NCBI RefSeq assembly: GCF_037042905.1
Contig: NC_087245.1
Span: forward strand, 25,112,001 to 25,176,000
Direction of reading: 5' to 3'
Source: Lytechinus pictus
Lineage: Eukaryota
DNA length: 64,000 bases
Shown here: positions 13,403 through 27,435 of the stretch, one piece after another
How the letters are laid out: each line of letters begins with the position of its first letter
Numbering within the stretch: position 1 is the first letter of the stretch
Notes under the pieces: model-generated
The model's input: only the letters and a program-made list of their open reading frames with translations
Told to the model about the DNA's origin: nothing
Databases searched by the model: none
Translations under genes and position numbers: made by a program

Positions 13403-14001
13403 AGGACAAGTCCACTCCAACAAAAGTTGATTTGAATAAAAAGAGAAAAATTCAACAAGCATAACACTGAAAATTTCATAAAAATCGGTTGTAAAATAAG
13501 AAAGTTATGACATTTTAAAGTTTCGCTTACTTTCACAAAACAGATATAATGTACATCCTGGTCGGTATGCAAATGAGGAAACTGATGATGTCATCCACTC
13601 ACTGTTTCTTTTGTATTTTATTATGTAAAATATGAAATATTCTAATTTTCTCTACATTGTCAAGTAGGAAAACAAAATCTAATTGAACATGTGGTATTAG
13701 CATTGTTTAATACTATATGGTTCAGTCAAGTTGGTCCTTATTGTCAAATCTGTAAAAAATGAAATATTGTATAAATCAAACAATAAAAAACAAAAGAAAT
13801 AGTGAGTGAGGGACATCATCGACTGTCTTATTTACATGTCACTCATTTGTGCATATCACTGTTTTGTGAAAAATAAGCGAAACTTGAAAATGTCATAACT
13901 TTCTTATTTTACATCCGATTTTGATGACATTTTCAGTATAATGCTAGTTTGATTTTTCTCTATTTATTCAAATCAATATTTTTCTAGGGTGGACTTGACC
14001 T
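13403..14001. mobile_element. Kolobok-type MITE family A, nested in the Helentron-like element
   Basis: TTAA at 13399-13402 and 14002-14005; TIR AGGACAAGTCCAC / GTGGACTTGACCT extending into long imperfect arms. Confidence 0.88.
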
Positions 14002-14146
14002 TTAATTAAGTATTACTGAACATCCTGTGCGAGTTTCAGGTCACATGACCAATGTCGGAGGTCATTTAAAGTCGATGAACTTTGGCCAAGTTGTAGGTAA
14101 TTTTTGAATTGCCATCATAACTTTGAAAGTTTATGGATATAGTTAA

Positions 14147-14741
14147 AGGGGAATCCAGCCTTGGCCATAAAATGATGTGTGGGGAAGGAGAAAAATAAAT
14201 GAAACAGAATGGTGAAAATTTGAAATAAATCGGACAAGCAATACGAAAGTTATAGCTGCTTTAAAATTGAGCTCACTAATACTATGTAGATTTCAAATTG
14301 GCAACTGGGTAAGTAAATTATGACAAGGGGCAAGGACAACTTTCCCATAGGCCATGTACTTTATTATCAGGGATTTGTGGTTTTCTCCTAAGTACCCATT
14401 CCCCTGGGGCAGTAATCCAAATATAACCCATGTAGTATATTGGTTTATATCCTCATGAAAGAAAAATACAATTTGAAATAAAACTTTTGGGAAAAATGAC
14501 ATTTTAGCCATAATATGTATTGGAGTACATGGAAGAGTAGTCCTTGCCTTACATCACTATGACATCCCATATGCGGCCAATTTGAAGTCTCCATGGGTAT
14601 AGTGATTACCAATACTTACAACTTTTAAAAATTCATAACTTTCTTGTTGTTTGTCCAATATTGTTCAAACTTTCACCTATCAACTTGTCTGATTTTTCTT
14701 TTCCTTATAAAAACAAGTTTTTATTTGGGTTGGATTCCCCT
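14147..14741. mobile_element. Kolobok-type MITE family B, nested in the Helentron-like element
   Basis: TTAA at 14143-14146 and 14742-14745; TIR AGGGGAATCCA / TGGATTCCCCT. Confidence 0.88.
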
Positions 14742-16548
14742 TTAATGAAATGTGGACATAGTTGTAATCCGGTATCATTGCTCATCTTGCGCAAGTCGTA
14801 GGTCACTTGATCAAGGTCAAATGTCATTTAGGGTCAATGCACGAAGTAGTGTATTATTATATGAATGGTGTTTTTTGTGAATAGTTATTTTATAGTCATT
14901 TTCAAAGTCAGCACTGCTGCTATATTGAATAGCGTAATGCAGGCGAGACTGCCAAAGGCGCTCCACTTGTTATCTATACAAATGGCATTTTCAACACTTA
15001 TCTTCCAATAATAAAGATAATTTTTGAAAATATTTCAATACAATCCTAATGATTAACACCATAAAAATATCAACATACTCATTCATAATAATTCAATGTA
15101 AACTGAAAAAAGAGTCTAATCTTTTTGGGGTAGGGGGTGGATTCCCCAAACTTAAGAGAGGCTTTGAATTTTATAATTTTTGTGTCTTAAAAAGAATTGA
15201 TGGTAAATGACATTGTTTTGTAGTTTAATATGAAATGAACTTTTCACGACACTGGAAAATGCAGGATTCTTAAGTCGCCTTCAACTCTCTTACATTATTA
15301 TATTTTTATATCTGTAATCATTATACTATCTTCACCTTAACGATGGTGGCGACATTTCACAATCGTTGCCGTAATTCCATTCCGCAGAATTCGATAATGA
15401 GGGAGACATCCAACAACCAAAGGCAGTGCATGGGGCTATAGTTTTCAGGGGGGTGATTTTTTTTTTATCAAGGGCACGATTTCTGTAGAAAAACAGATAA
15501 AAGTGAGTCAAGCAAGCGCAAAAATGATGTTTTTATGTGGATGATATTTTAAATTGATGAAATATATGAATGGTGTATTCCTAAAACCACAAATACTGTT
15601 TATCTCGAATCAAATCACAGATGTTTTGTAACATCCTCTTTTATTCAATAATGGTATACTATTTATTACACAGTCAGGTGAAAGACTAATCATTTTACTA
15701 GCTGTCGTGTGCAGTAGACCTCCAAACCGTGTTCATCATTTCTTTTTCCTTTATGGTTGGTTTATCATGAAACTTTGCAATTTTTTTGAAATAATTTTTT
15801 TCATCGTTTTGATTGCTGAAAAAATGAGTTGGTAATTTATACATACCCACTAGTAAAAATAAAAAGCAGAAACCGAAATTAGATCTAAACAAAAATCAAA
15901 GGATGCTGAACTTTCCTTGCAAAATAATATGAAGCCTTTCATGGCAATTTTCTGAAAATCTTATTTTATTCTTCCTTCCTAAACGTAACTTTGCTTCCTT
16001 TTTTTTTTTTTTTTTTTGGGGGGGGGGTACTAAACTAAAGATAAAAGAAAATTTCCAGGCCGATATACAGCAAAAAAAACACAGTGGCGTTGGTCGGTAT
16101 ACAAAGAACACTTCACCAGGTTTTACTTTGGTGGTAAAGTTGTGATAATAGTAGTTCAACACCATTGGGAGATATTATAATTGTATCACAGCACCTTTGG
16201 TTGTAACTTTCTAACTAACTGTCTAATCTCTCGGTGTAAGTTTAGCACCTCAGCTGTGGCCTCGAGGAACCAACTGGTGTCAGCTTATAATATCACAGTT
16301 TCTACAACGTACAAAAGAAAAACAGTTCATCCTGAAGGTTTTCAGTGATAGATTAGTCAGCCATCTGAAGAGGGTCTTCGGTATCCCGGTGTTGTCCTGG
16401 TATGTTGTCATTGGGCATAGCTTAGGGTAGAGTCACATGGTGTCGTCTTCGATGATGACCGGTTAAACCGATGTGTAATTAGACGACCAGTCTTAGAAAA
16501 TAAGTCTCTCGTTTTACAACCGTGTTCGTTATATCTGTCATTGATATA

Positions 16549-16660
16549 TAGGGGCGGTGCTAAAGGGAGGCAGGGGCGATCGCCCCTTGAGTCCATGCGA
16601 GGTGGTAACCAAAGAGGGGAAGAGGAAAGACGGAAGCAAATTAATTTTGTTTAAAAAAAA

Positions 16661-16722
<62 letters not shown>

Positions 16723-16841
16723 AAGAGAGAGAGATGTGGGTCATGTAACACTACGTATTAGTACTCCCTTTGTTCTATTGAGAAAAATTACGTCATCTTT
16801 GTGTTGACTTGCTCCTATCAAAATACTGGTGCCGCCCCCTG
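16549..16841. mobile_element. Degenerate hAT-like MITE containing an (AT)n microsatellite (16664-16720)
   Basis: Ends TAGGGGCGGTGC / GGTGCCGCCCCCTG; no clear TSD. Confidence 0.45.
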
Positions 16842-17127
16842 CGTGCGCGTATCCAAATTCGAGAGTATTCTGGCGGATACGGGCTAATTCAAGAGGATGC
16901 TTAAAAAAAACCTTTTAGAATTTTGCCTATGTGTACACACGGCGAAAGTTTACCATTCATCCGATCTTAAAATTGACAAGTTCAATATTTTAATGAAAAG
17001 AAAATGTTATTTAACATCCCCACCGTTCGAAGCTATGACATGCCCCATGTCATCTTTTCAAACTTATGTTGTAACTTTATAGGCCGTGCAGGGATGTATT
17101 AGAAAAGCAAACTGAAGGTGGATAAGA

Positions 17128-17252
17128 GTAAGAAAGAAAGAAAGAAAAAAAAAAGAACGTAAGAAAGAAAGAACGAAAGAAAGAAAGGGAAAGAAAACGA
17201 AAAGTCGGTAAGAAAACGAAAAGTCAGTAAGAAAAAAAGAGACGAAAAGAAA
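17128..17252. repeat. (AAAG)n-like purine tract
   Basis: agaaagaaagaaagaaaaaa...aagaaagaaagaacgaaagaaagaaaggg. Confidence 0.75.
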
Positions 17253-18174
17253 ATTACACATTCTCATCATATTTCACTTTTAGCTATGAAAATCCTTTAA
17301 TATTATCATTATGCAATACTGTTATTGATGTTATTTTTTTAGGCACTCGAAGTGAAATTTGAAAGTTAAATCGCTAATCCGAGCAAGGAAATTGAATTTC
17401 TTTCAAGACCGCGGGCGAGACTAGAAACCTAGATGGCGCTTTGAATGTGTGATAAATATTTTTTTTTTTTTCGAGAAGGGAAACTTTACATTTTGCACAA
17501 CTACAACACGTAGGCCTACATAACGATTAAGCAAGGTAGTGAAGGGGAGCTATTGACCTAGCGATAAAAGTTAACGCTTCTAATAGGCGCATTCAAACAT
17601 TATTAAAAGAAACAATTTCCTAGATGCCGTTGTTTACAGTTTTCAAATCATGAGGGATTTTAGAATATTTCCCGATCATGTCCATGTCAGTTGGCATTTT
17701 TAATAGAACCTTATGCATAATTACGTCATCATCATGAATTTGATCGAACATAATATCTGAAATGATGACAATAATTAATTAAAAAGAAATGAGTGAAGGG
17801 GAGAATTTTATTGAGAGCGATTTGATCATTCTCGGATATCGGAAAGGCAAATCAAAGAATTAAATCTCATTCCTTCCTTTGAATGTTTTAACAGAGGAGG
17901 GGGCAAATTTTGATAGCATTGATTATGAGACTATTTTGCATTGTCTAATTCAATGCACTGGAATAGCTGTGCATTTTTATTAGAAGTACTTCCACTTAAA
18001 AATGAGTGAAGCCATAGTCATATTTACTTATCAAAACAATAGTTAACTTTGCCAAGCAGCGTATACACAGCAATCAAAATGAGAAACTTTGCTGGTTTGA
18101 GATGTGAAAATGTTATTTTATTTTTATTTTAGAGCATTTGCAGACTGGATTGGTGCTATGAAATATTGACACCA

Positions 18175-18379
18175 TAATGGCGTCGACCCATGTTTTGGAT
18201 GGGGGGGGGGGGCAAAAATGCAGTTTAAAAAATGGCGCGCTCATATTATAATACAACATTTTGCTCGCGTAATGCGCCGGAAAATTGACAACTTTGCATG
18301 TTTAATAGTATTTTTACGCCAAAATATTTTCATTGGAGATGATCGCCCCCTGCATCCCCTCCCAGGATCGACGCCTCTA
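18175..18379. mobile_element. Short hAT-like MITE
   Basis: Ends TAATGGCGTCGACCC / GGATCGACGCCTCTA; near-TSD CACCA/CAGCA; poly-G subterminal run. Confidence 0.55.
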
Positions 18380-18715
18380 CAGCATTATACATTATATATA
18401 TTGCTCTTTCCAGTTTTCAAATTTGCCGGAGAGAGAGGGGAAGAGAGACGGAGGGATGGGGGATATCCCCTCAGCACGAGTCGCCACCCTAAAGCTGGCT
18501 TTTTATATTTTTTTGTTCTTTGATATTGGGTGACGAGATTAATACCATATCATAGGATTAATACTATATCATTCTTGCGAACTTTGCCAGTGCTGTGGTA
18601 TGGTTTTTTAAAGGGCAATTCCGCCTCTTGGTATTGGAACAGTCAGACCGAATGACATGCAGTCCAATTCGACCCTCATGATTACATCAAATCTTTTGTT
18701 ATCGTGCCACAGGCC

Positions 18716-19240
18716 TATAGTATAGTATAGTATAGTATTTATTTTCCGTATAAAAACACAAAAAAGCAAAACGGATGGATAGCCCATTATCAGTTTAGTC
18801 GACATGACTATACTGTTCTTCCATGGGGTCCATATACAATACAAAGTAAAAAGTAAACACATATGAAAGAAGCATAACATATACGGTAAATCAAACAAAA
18901 TAACAAAAATGACATGATATATGTTGTTACTAATAAGAAAAGATCATAAAATTAAATAGTTTGACAAGAATTTACACTAAATATTTTTAAAATGAAAGAA
19001 TTGAATGAATTAGGCTGCTATCACGTTATTGAAAAAGGTTTCACAAGGAGCAAGGAATAATAAAATGAATAATATGAATATAGATTGTATAAAAATGAAT
19101 ATGTAATCATTGTGAACTGATTCTGGTTAACGCATACAATTTTAAGAGGGCAACAGTAAGAGCGTAAAAATATTGAATGGAATTCAGGATAAAAGTACAG
19201 ATTGCATTGAGACAACATCGGAATAAATATATAAAAACAT
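18716..19240 (-). mobile_element. LINE 3' UTR and tail remnant related to the 6202-8331 element
   Basis: Minus strand GGACCCCATGGAAGAAC...AATGGGCTATCC then AATAAA and a (TACTA)n tail; same terminal motif as 8250-8292. 5' limit uncertain. Confidence 0.6.
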
Positions 19241-20719
19241 GTAGGCCTCATGCCATGATCTGAATTTTCGTGGCGTCTTTCTGGAAGTCATTGACATTTA
19301 TGCCCCCTTTTTTCTAATGGCGCCACTATAACCTCGTCACTCTCTTTTGCTTTTTCCTGCTCGCTGGTCCGTAGTTAAAAACAGAACGAATTGTTCCAAA
19401 GCCAAAGTTTCATTCCCATATAATTATTAGTAAGGTTGTTTCGTCATACGAATGTCCCTGTTCATACGAATTTTAGAGTTCTTAAAGATTCGTAAATGGA
19501 GCCTATATACGTTCTCAAGGCTTCCTACGAACACCGTTTGATGTCATTCTAATAAAAAAGAAGCGAGTTTCCGTTTAACGATGTTAGTACGTTTTTCCTA
19601 AGAATACGTTGAGTACTTCTTACGTCTCGCGGATGGCCATCTTACGAACACAATAGAGCCAAAATTTAAATGACTTAAAGTGTAATGCTAAGACTTTATC
19701 TCATGATTGTTCTCATGAATAAATATATAAATCCTGGCAAAGTGATATTCTATGTAATGGTTGGGAACATGATAACTTTGGAATCTGTACGTCACAGGGG
19801 AATAAGGGACTGGAGAGTCTAATTAGGTTGTTTCATCATTATCTGTGATTCGTTACAAATGGGCGGTGTCAGAGGGAAAGGGACGGGAGAGGTCGCCCCT
19901 TTGATTTATAAGTTATATAAATAAATGAATGAATAAATAAATAAACAAATAAATAAATAAGTAAATAAATAATACGAAATGAAAAGAAACAAAGTGTGGA
20001 ACTAGGTAGCACCCTTCTTTATTAAAAAACCCGCCATATTCAGATCATCCTACCATGTCCCCATATTGAAATACACTGGCTTCACCCCCTGTTCATCACT
20101 GTCTCGGAAACAATAATTATGTGCGCATGACTTTTCAACTATGAAACAAACGTCTGAGATATGAGCCTATCATCCTGAGCAGATGACAATAATCAGAGAG
20201 GATGGGGCGAAAGGGGAGGGATGTGCAGATAGATACAAAGATAGCTAGATACCAATAGAGCTTACATGTAGACTGCATCTATGCTAATCAGGCATATTAC
20301 ATTATATTCATATTGGATGTTATTAATGTGAGTTTGTGCTAATGTTATCACGACGATGGTCGGACAGTGTACTGGAGGCTCTACTAGAGGTAAGAACGCC
20401 ACTTTTGTTCTAGATCTTGTGTGATTAAAAACCGTAGGAAATGTTCGATTAAGTTTAATCAATGCAGATATTGGGACAAGGTCCAGACGCTATCAAAGGT
20501 AATGACTGCACGCGGTCAGTGGGTCATTAAGATGCTTCTTCGTGTAGGCCGATATAGGTCTATTCGTTACAATTAGCATAGATATAAGACATAATGCGCT
20601 TCACTTCTCTGATTCATCTCTTTGCCATGTGATGTGCATCGTTTCAATATCTTCATCGTCACCAATATAAATATCCGATATGCTATGTTGTTTGTTGTCT
20701 GCTTGTCTGTTAAACTTGA

Positions 20720-21135
20720 AGGGCGAGTCCATCCCAACGAAAAGTTTATTTGAATAAAAGGAGAAAATGAAACAAGCAAAACCCCAAAATGTCATACATA
20801 TCGGATGTAAAATAAGAAAATTATGACATTTTAAAAGTTTCGTTTGATTTCACCATTGTTGTGTACAACACTGGTGACCGTGATATGCAAATGAGGGAAA
20901 TGATTACGTAATCCACTCACTTCTTTTTTGCATTTTATCATACGAAATAAAATATATGAAATATCTTTTTTTTCTGACTATGATGTAAAACGTGATTTGA
21001 TTTATTCTTGAATATTTGGCTTTATTATTCTTGCAAGCTTTTTTGTTTCATCGACAGTCCTTATCGTCAAATCGGCAAAAATTGAAATATTCTATATGTC
21101 ATAATTATAAAATACAAAATGAATAGTGAACGTGT
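20720..21135. mobile_element. Degraded partial copy of Kolobok-type MITE family A
   Basis: AGGGCGAGTCCATCCCAACGAAAAGTTTATTTGAATAAAAGGAGAAAA...ATCGGATGTAAAATAAGAAAATTATGACATTTT matches 13403 onward. Confidence 0.7.
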
Positions 21136-22118
21136 TTTCCATTTTCTTCCCACCGTTATATCGGTACGATTGGCCATTGGTTTACAGGCAATGTTGGGTT
21201 GAGGGCTACTGGTACACATATTTTTCACATAAGGTGTGTTTTTCGTTAAATCATTGTTCTTGTCAGAATCAGAATGATCTTCAACAGATTTCAGTATATA
21301 TCTGGGCGAAGCGCAGTGTTTATCATAAGATTAAGTATTGCTTTGAAAGTTAATCATTGTTTGGAGTTTATGCTTCTCTCATGCAATTGCAAGTGTTCCA
21401 AAAAAAGTACAGCATGTTTTCAGTGTCATAAAAATGCTTGCCTGAAATACGCCTCTGATGTTAAATAGTTCTGACGAGCAAAAAAATAAAAAGAGGTCAA
21501 ATTTTACGAACATTGGGGGCAATTTCTCGTCAAAAATGATTTGACAAAAATAGGTACATACCCCCCGCCGCAAATCCCACCTGGCTTGAAAGGAATCATG
21601 TGGAAGTAGAAAACAAAACTGAAAGGAGGGATGGGAGCTCTGGAAGGAAGTCGGACAAGGAATGCTGATTTATAGCTTTCAAATCGGATAAATTTGATTT
21701 AGACAAAATAATGTTGAATGAATAGTTAAAAAAAAGCCCCCGCCCCGCCATTGACTAATGATTAGATACCATATATTCTTGTAGTTCTCTTTCCTTCATT
21801 CATGTAATTAACAAAATGTGTGTTACATAATTACATTTTTCCGTTTTGTTCCACACTCCATCCTAGGTCTCATCTGACCTCATTCTGGGCCATTTTTGAC
21901 CCGGAACGGAATGCGGCCCCAGACGGATTGATTTCCGGGTTAACCTGCCCCGGAATCTTTAAAAATGTAAATACTTATAAAAGCGAAAACGTTTTTACAA
22001 ATTAAGACGGCATTTCAGTAACTTTGTGCATTATGATACAGGAGTTGATCCTTCACCGCGGTAAAAAAAAAAAGATGATGAAAAGGGCGAAATTCAAATT
22101 GTTTTACTTGGCATGCTT

Positions 22119-22387
22119 GGAGCGTTATGGTCTTGTGATTCTTACCCTAGCCTTTAATGCTGAGGGACGCGGGTTCGAATCCAAGCTAAAGCGTAATATC
22201 GTTGACCCAAATTGTCCTGTACTCTACCCAGGTGAGGTGAATGGGTACCCGGCATGATTAATTCATTGAATGCAACAAGCGCCTTCTTAGCAACTGGAGC
22301 TAAAAACCGGGGTATTAATATAATAGTGCACCATTAATAGGCAACTATATATTCGGCGCCTCATGAATACCATACATTAATATTATG
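22119..22387 (+). mobile_element. tRNA-derived SINE with Nin/Deu-like core
   Basis: B box GGGTTCGAATCC at 22171, core CTCTACCCAGGTGAGGTGAATGGGTACCCGGCA, TATTA-type tail. Confidence 0.75.
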
Positions 22388-25300
22388 TAATACAACTTTT
22401 TAAAACTAGTATAGATTTATTATTTTTTCTGATTATACTTGAACTGCAATCAAACTATACTTTGCCCTAATTTCTATTTTTCCCCAGAATTTCAGAATAA
22501 TTTTGCATATTCCAATCATTGAATTCGCCCGGTTCTGGAGTGGATGGTTGCATTTATGAATAGGCCGATACCATTCCGATTAAAATGGTCATTATCGTTT
22601 TGATTTCTTTGGATAAATAAATGTGATTTATTACCCATGTAGACTTGAAAACCCCGCATACCTTAGTATCCTATTGGTTACTGTTACTTTTTAAAGGCAC
22701 CCCCCTTCATGTTAGCGCCACACCTTGAAGTTTGCAGGCTTTGTACGTGACACGAGAGGAATAGTTAAGATTCAATCAATGTTTGCCAAGTTAAGGCACG
22801 GTCAAGCAATGACGAATTTATTACAACTGTAGCCGACCTGTTCTTTCTGAACTTTTGTTTCATCACGAACAATTTTATTTCAGCATATCAGTGAGAGGGC
22901 TTATTATTGTCGCCCACATTTTGAACACAAAAAAAAAAGGATAGCGGCAAAGAGATGTAGAAGTAGTTCACTTCATAAAGGTCATTTGATTCTTTTTTTT
23001 TTCTTTGAAGGGGGGGGCGGGGGTAGGGTAGCATTCAGTATTGGGCCTTTTTCCTGAGGAACAACAGGTTTTATTAATCAAGCAATTGTAATTATTTACA
23101 TCCTTTTGCGCACCATTCCATGCCATTGAGAAGGGTGAATGCATATTTTGACGCAGCTAGCCCCAGGCAAAAATATGCTGTATCATAAAGTTGTGCCAAT
23201 AACATCAATGGGGGAAAAATATGAAGAGTCGCTCTTCTGGCACTGCGGGCTTCGGTATCAATACAAATAGTCAGAACTGAATTGTTTATCATATAGTTTT
23301 CCACGCATATTCAACAGCTGTTAAAAATGCGACAAATATAATAAAAAAATGTTTCGGATCAAGATAAAGTTTCATTTTTATTTGGGTCGACAAATTACAT
23401 AGGGCTATATCAAAGCTATCCATCAAGTTCACCACTGGAGCCCTTGTTGGTGACCTATTATACTTCATTCGAACCTCTGAATAAACTGTTGCAAACTGGA
23501 TTATAAGCCTTTTAGTAAAACTTCAAATTAAATTCGTTTCCTTTTAACTATCATCATTTAATACGAATGTTTCACAAAAACAGCAATTAAACAGCGAATC
23601 TATGATGATATGTATTTGAATCATTGTTATATATTTTTTCGATGTATTTCTTGAGGTTTGAGGAACGAAATGTTAGGGTCCAATTTTTACGACAAAACCC
23701 CAAACACGGGCTTAAGTTTTTTGCCTTAAATCCCTGAATACAATGTATGTACCATTTTCTCTTGAAATTTGTCCCTAAAGGTGGGTTAAGGGTTTAAGTT
23801 TTGGGCCCAACAAATCCAAAAAAAAATGAGATGAATTAAAAAAAATCTAGATTGAGTGAAAAATAATGATGATAATGAAAATTGAATAAATTCAAACAAA
23901 AGCCCCCCCCCCCAAATAAAAAAAAATCATGTACCACTCACGGATATAGAAGCTGTGGCAATGTTCTTTGAATGTATATACTTCCTCATTAAGTCTTATC
24001 AAAAGTCAATAAGCCCACACCAACAAAAGGGTATTTAGATAAATACAGAAAACAGTCATTACAATGAAATTTCGTCGATATCAGATGTGAAATAAAAAAG
24101 TATAGAATGGTCATAATAGATTTGATTTATTTCCGTTTCACGTTAACAAATATAAATAAACATATAACTAGATAAAGTATATTGCATGTATATTAGACAT
24201 AGGCCTATACATAACAGGAGAATATATATCATGTATATACAAGTATCCTCACCATTCATTTTTTTATATCATGGCCTAATATCTGAAATTTCGCTGGGAT
24301 TTTTCAAGAGAATGTTCCAAATCAACTTCCCATTTTTGTGGGTGCGAGTTATCTATCAATCATGATTTTGAAAACAAATTTGGAAAAATTTGTTTAGACA
24401 TGATGATATTAAGCCTGCTTCCCGATAACGTAGATTCGGACAGATTTGGGGTCTGTGGTGATTGGCACATTTGCTCGTTTTTCACTTGGACTTTCTTCAT
24501 TTTTAATTTGATAATACTACAGTATGGTGATGGTTTTAGAGTTCATATTGGTCGAATTTTCACCTTTGAATTTTTGAAAGGTTACAAGAAGTGACGATGT
24601 TCCCAAGAGGAGAAAATGCAACTCATTTGAACTCCTCAACATTCCATTATCAATATCACTTTTGCTTTTCAATGTATCATTGAGTATAAGATGGAGTCAT
24701 CTGGATCCCTATATCTGTTGAATGTTCCATATATTTGGTTACCGGCATGTGACAATGACATTGTAGCAGCTGTTGGAAGATTGGTTTTGGATGTGATACA
24801 GATGACCTCGAGTTGACCTCGACGGAAGAAGATGATGGATGGTATCATTTATCTGAACAGGTTGACATACTCCCATAGAGAGTATTCGCTTAGAGGGTAT
24901 AGACGGAAGTGAATCGTGTCTGTTAAAGGGAATTTATGCACCAAGCGTCACTCTGAAGCGTTATACCCTTGCGTTATTACCCATGCGCTAATATTCCTCA
25001 GCCGAGAAATGACACGGGTCGGGAGTGTGGATACATTCAATGCATTGTATATGTTGTATATTATATAACAAGCAGACAACTGGGCACTGACGCCAGTATT
25101 AGGGGTGGGGCTTTGGGGATTGAAGTTCCCCCCCCCAAAAAAAAAAAAAAAAAATTTCGACCACAAAGAAACAAAAAATAGATAGATATGTAGGCCCTAT
25201 ATGCGTATATATATTGACTAATGCATTATTCCATTCATGTCGTCAAGTGCTCTAAAATAGAAGTTTTTACTATTCAAATTCGAAAATTGTTCTCACTCGG

Positions 25301-25571
25301 TCGCTGCTAAACGCTCCCTCGCAAAATAATATCTAAATGCAGAATACATTAATGTTGTAGAATGCCTTTCAACTTTTTTTTTCAAATTAACCTCCCTATA
25401 TACTTCACCCACCACGAAATGAAATGAAATTGAAGTTTTAACTATAAATCTGTCCGTGTTTTGTCAAAAGCGCTCCGAATTTGTGTCATTCTTTAGGATA
25501 TTTTTTATGAAAATGGATCTGTCGCTAGATACTGTAGTCCCTTTTTGGGGTTAAAACATATAATTTAGAGT

Positions 25572-26714
25572 CAGGAGTGTCGATCCATGTTTCGGATTGC
25601 GAGAGGGGTAAAGACAATGTCCACAATTTTCGGCGCGCTCTGCGCGTCAAATTATAATGCAGAATTTTGCACGTAAAGCACACCGTAAGATTTACAATTT
25701 TATATGTTTAATAGTATCTTTATGTCAAGTTTGATGGTTTTTATAGCGCTTCATATGTTTTTTTTTCTTTCAAGCACATTTTTACAATGGATTCATAAAT
25801 TTTTCATTTTGTCAAAATTATTGGGCAGGGCAAATCGATATGTTTGCCGCTAGCGCCATATAATGGCATGATAAATGGAAATTTTTAAGCACCGTTTGAA
25901 TGCATGTATAAGCCCATCACTAAACAAATAATGCGAGCGCGAAGCGCGTGCTGAAATCGGTCGATATGATTACTTGAAAAAACGTTATTGTAAGCATGAA
26001 TACGATATGTATCTCAATATACCGTGTGAGTAAAAAAAAAACCTGACACCTCACAAATCCAATATTTAAAGAAATAAAATATTTCATAAACACATAATGA
26101 TTATATATGGCCGAACATGTTGAAGGAGTATATTTGATACCATAATTTATTTATGTTGTATATGTTAACAATGTGATGTAAAATTCGAATTGCGCAAGGC
26201 ATGGCTGCAATGAATGAACCCAGATTCCAATTATGTCATTATCCTATACATGAGCAGATGAGCTACATGAGTTGAGGTGTCTTTCTTTTTTTACTCACAT
26301 GGTATACACACATGATTCAGGCGTTGAATACAAGCTGAAATTTTAGTTTATATAGGCCCACTGAAAACGAATATGTTAATTTTTATGCACTTTTTAAAAT
26401 CGGAAATGCGATACATATGCCACTAAAGGAATAGACCTCCATAAAACGTACTGTTTAGGACTTTTGTACAAATTCACGAACAGTATACATATCTCAGTAG
26501 ATTAAAAATATGAGCGCGAAGCGCGAGCTAGTTTTTCTTTAAAAATATATTCAGGACTAAAGACGTGTTGCTCTTTTTCCATTTGATTTTTTTTACCGTT
26601 TCTCGCTCGTTTTACCCGTTAGCAAAGGATGGCTAAATATCAGTTCCCTATTTATTCGTGTTTTTTTTTTTTTTTTTTTTTTGGGGGGGGAGGGGGGGAC
26701 TTATAACGCCTCTG
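25572..26714. mobile_element. Composite, degenerate hAT-like element
   Basis: Left end CAGGAGTGTCGATCCATG resembles 18175; internal GCGAGCGCGAAGCGCG motifs; right end ACGCCTCTG; no TSD. Confidence 0.4.
26022..26302. mobile_element. Tc1/mariner-type MITE
   Basis: TA flanks (26020-26021, 26303-26304); TIR CCGTGTGAGTAAAAAA...GACACCTCA / TGAGGTGTC...TTTTTACTCACATGG. Confidence 0.75.
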
Positions 26715-27435
26715 ATGGTTACGGACTGATTTTTTTTGTCGGACACCTTATTGAAAGTCCCCAATTAAATTTTTGCTCCACCATTTCTAGTATACCATAT
26801 TCTTAGCCATACTATCGTGCCCTTAAAATCAGTCATACATTCGGTTAAATCTTGGGTGGTGGGGGGGGGGGGTTCTATAGCCTTCAAAAGTTCCAAGACC
26901 AGGAAAAAGTAAAGAAAAAAAAGATAGAGAACGAAATTAAATATTATTTGTTTAATACGATGTCAAAATCGAGCAGATCGGATTTTCATTTCAAAAGGCA
27001 AAACTTTCCCTAATTGGTTCGCTCGCTCGCGACGTTTTACATATTCCCCCCCCCCCCCCACATTATACCATTTTATGCGCCCTCAAAATTCTACTGCTCG
27101 TCAGTATGCCACTGATTCACAAAATTTCACGAGAAATGGCAATATTGGACCATAGAGACATTTGGTTACACAGACAGGTGCAATGTAATTGCCCTTTAAA
27201 AAAGATCATACACGATTTCTCTCAACCCTGTATTATTTTACATTCGTGATTATTTCCGGGGGCAACGTAATGTGGGGCATGGGGCCCCCTGAGAAGTCTG
27301 CACAATACGTCAACGAATTTCCTGGAACAGTAATGAAAACGGGGACATAAACTTTGAAAGGTCTATTTCCCTTCCCCCCAAATGATTTCTCTTTTGAGAG
27401 TATCGGAACTTAAACAGACATAAACAATACATAGC

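Larger units (their letters stand above)
13150..14971 (+). mobile_element. Helentron-associated non-autonomous element (HINE/DINE-1/pearl-like) with internal ~165-bp tandem repeats
   Basis: Starts in a T run; subterminal inverted repeats GTCTCGCCTGCA (13152) / TGCAGGCGAGAC (14938); short 3' hairpin GCCAAAGGC then CTTGTT; about three copies of ...AGGTCACATGACCAAGGTCAAAGGTCATTTAGG.TCAATG... Confidence 0.75.
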
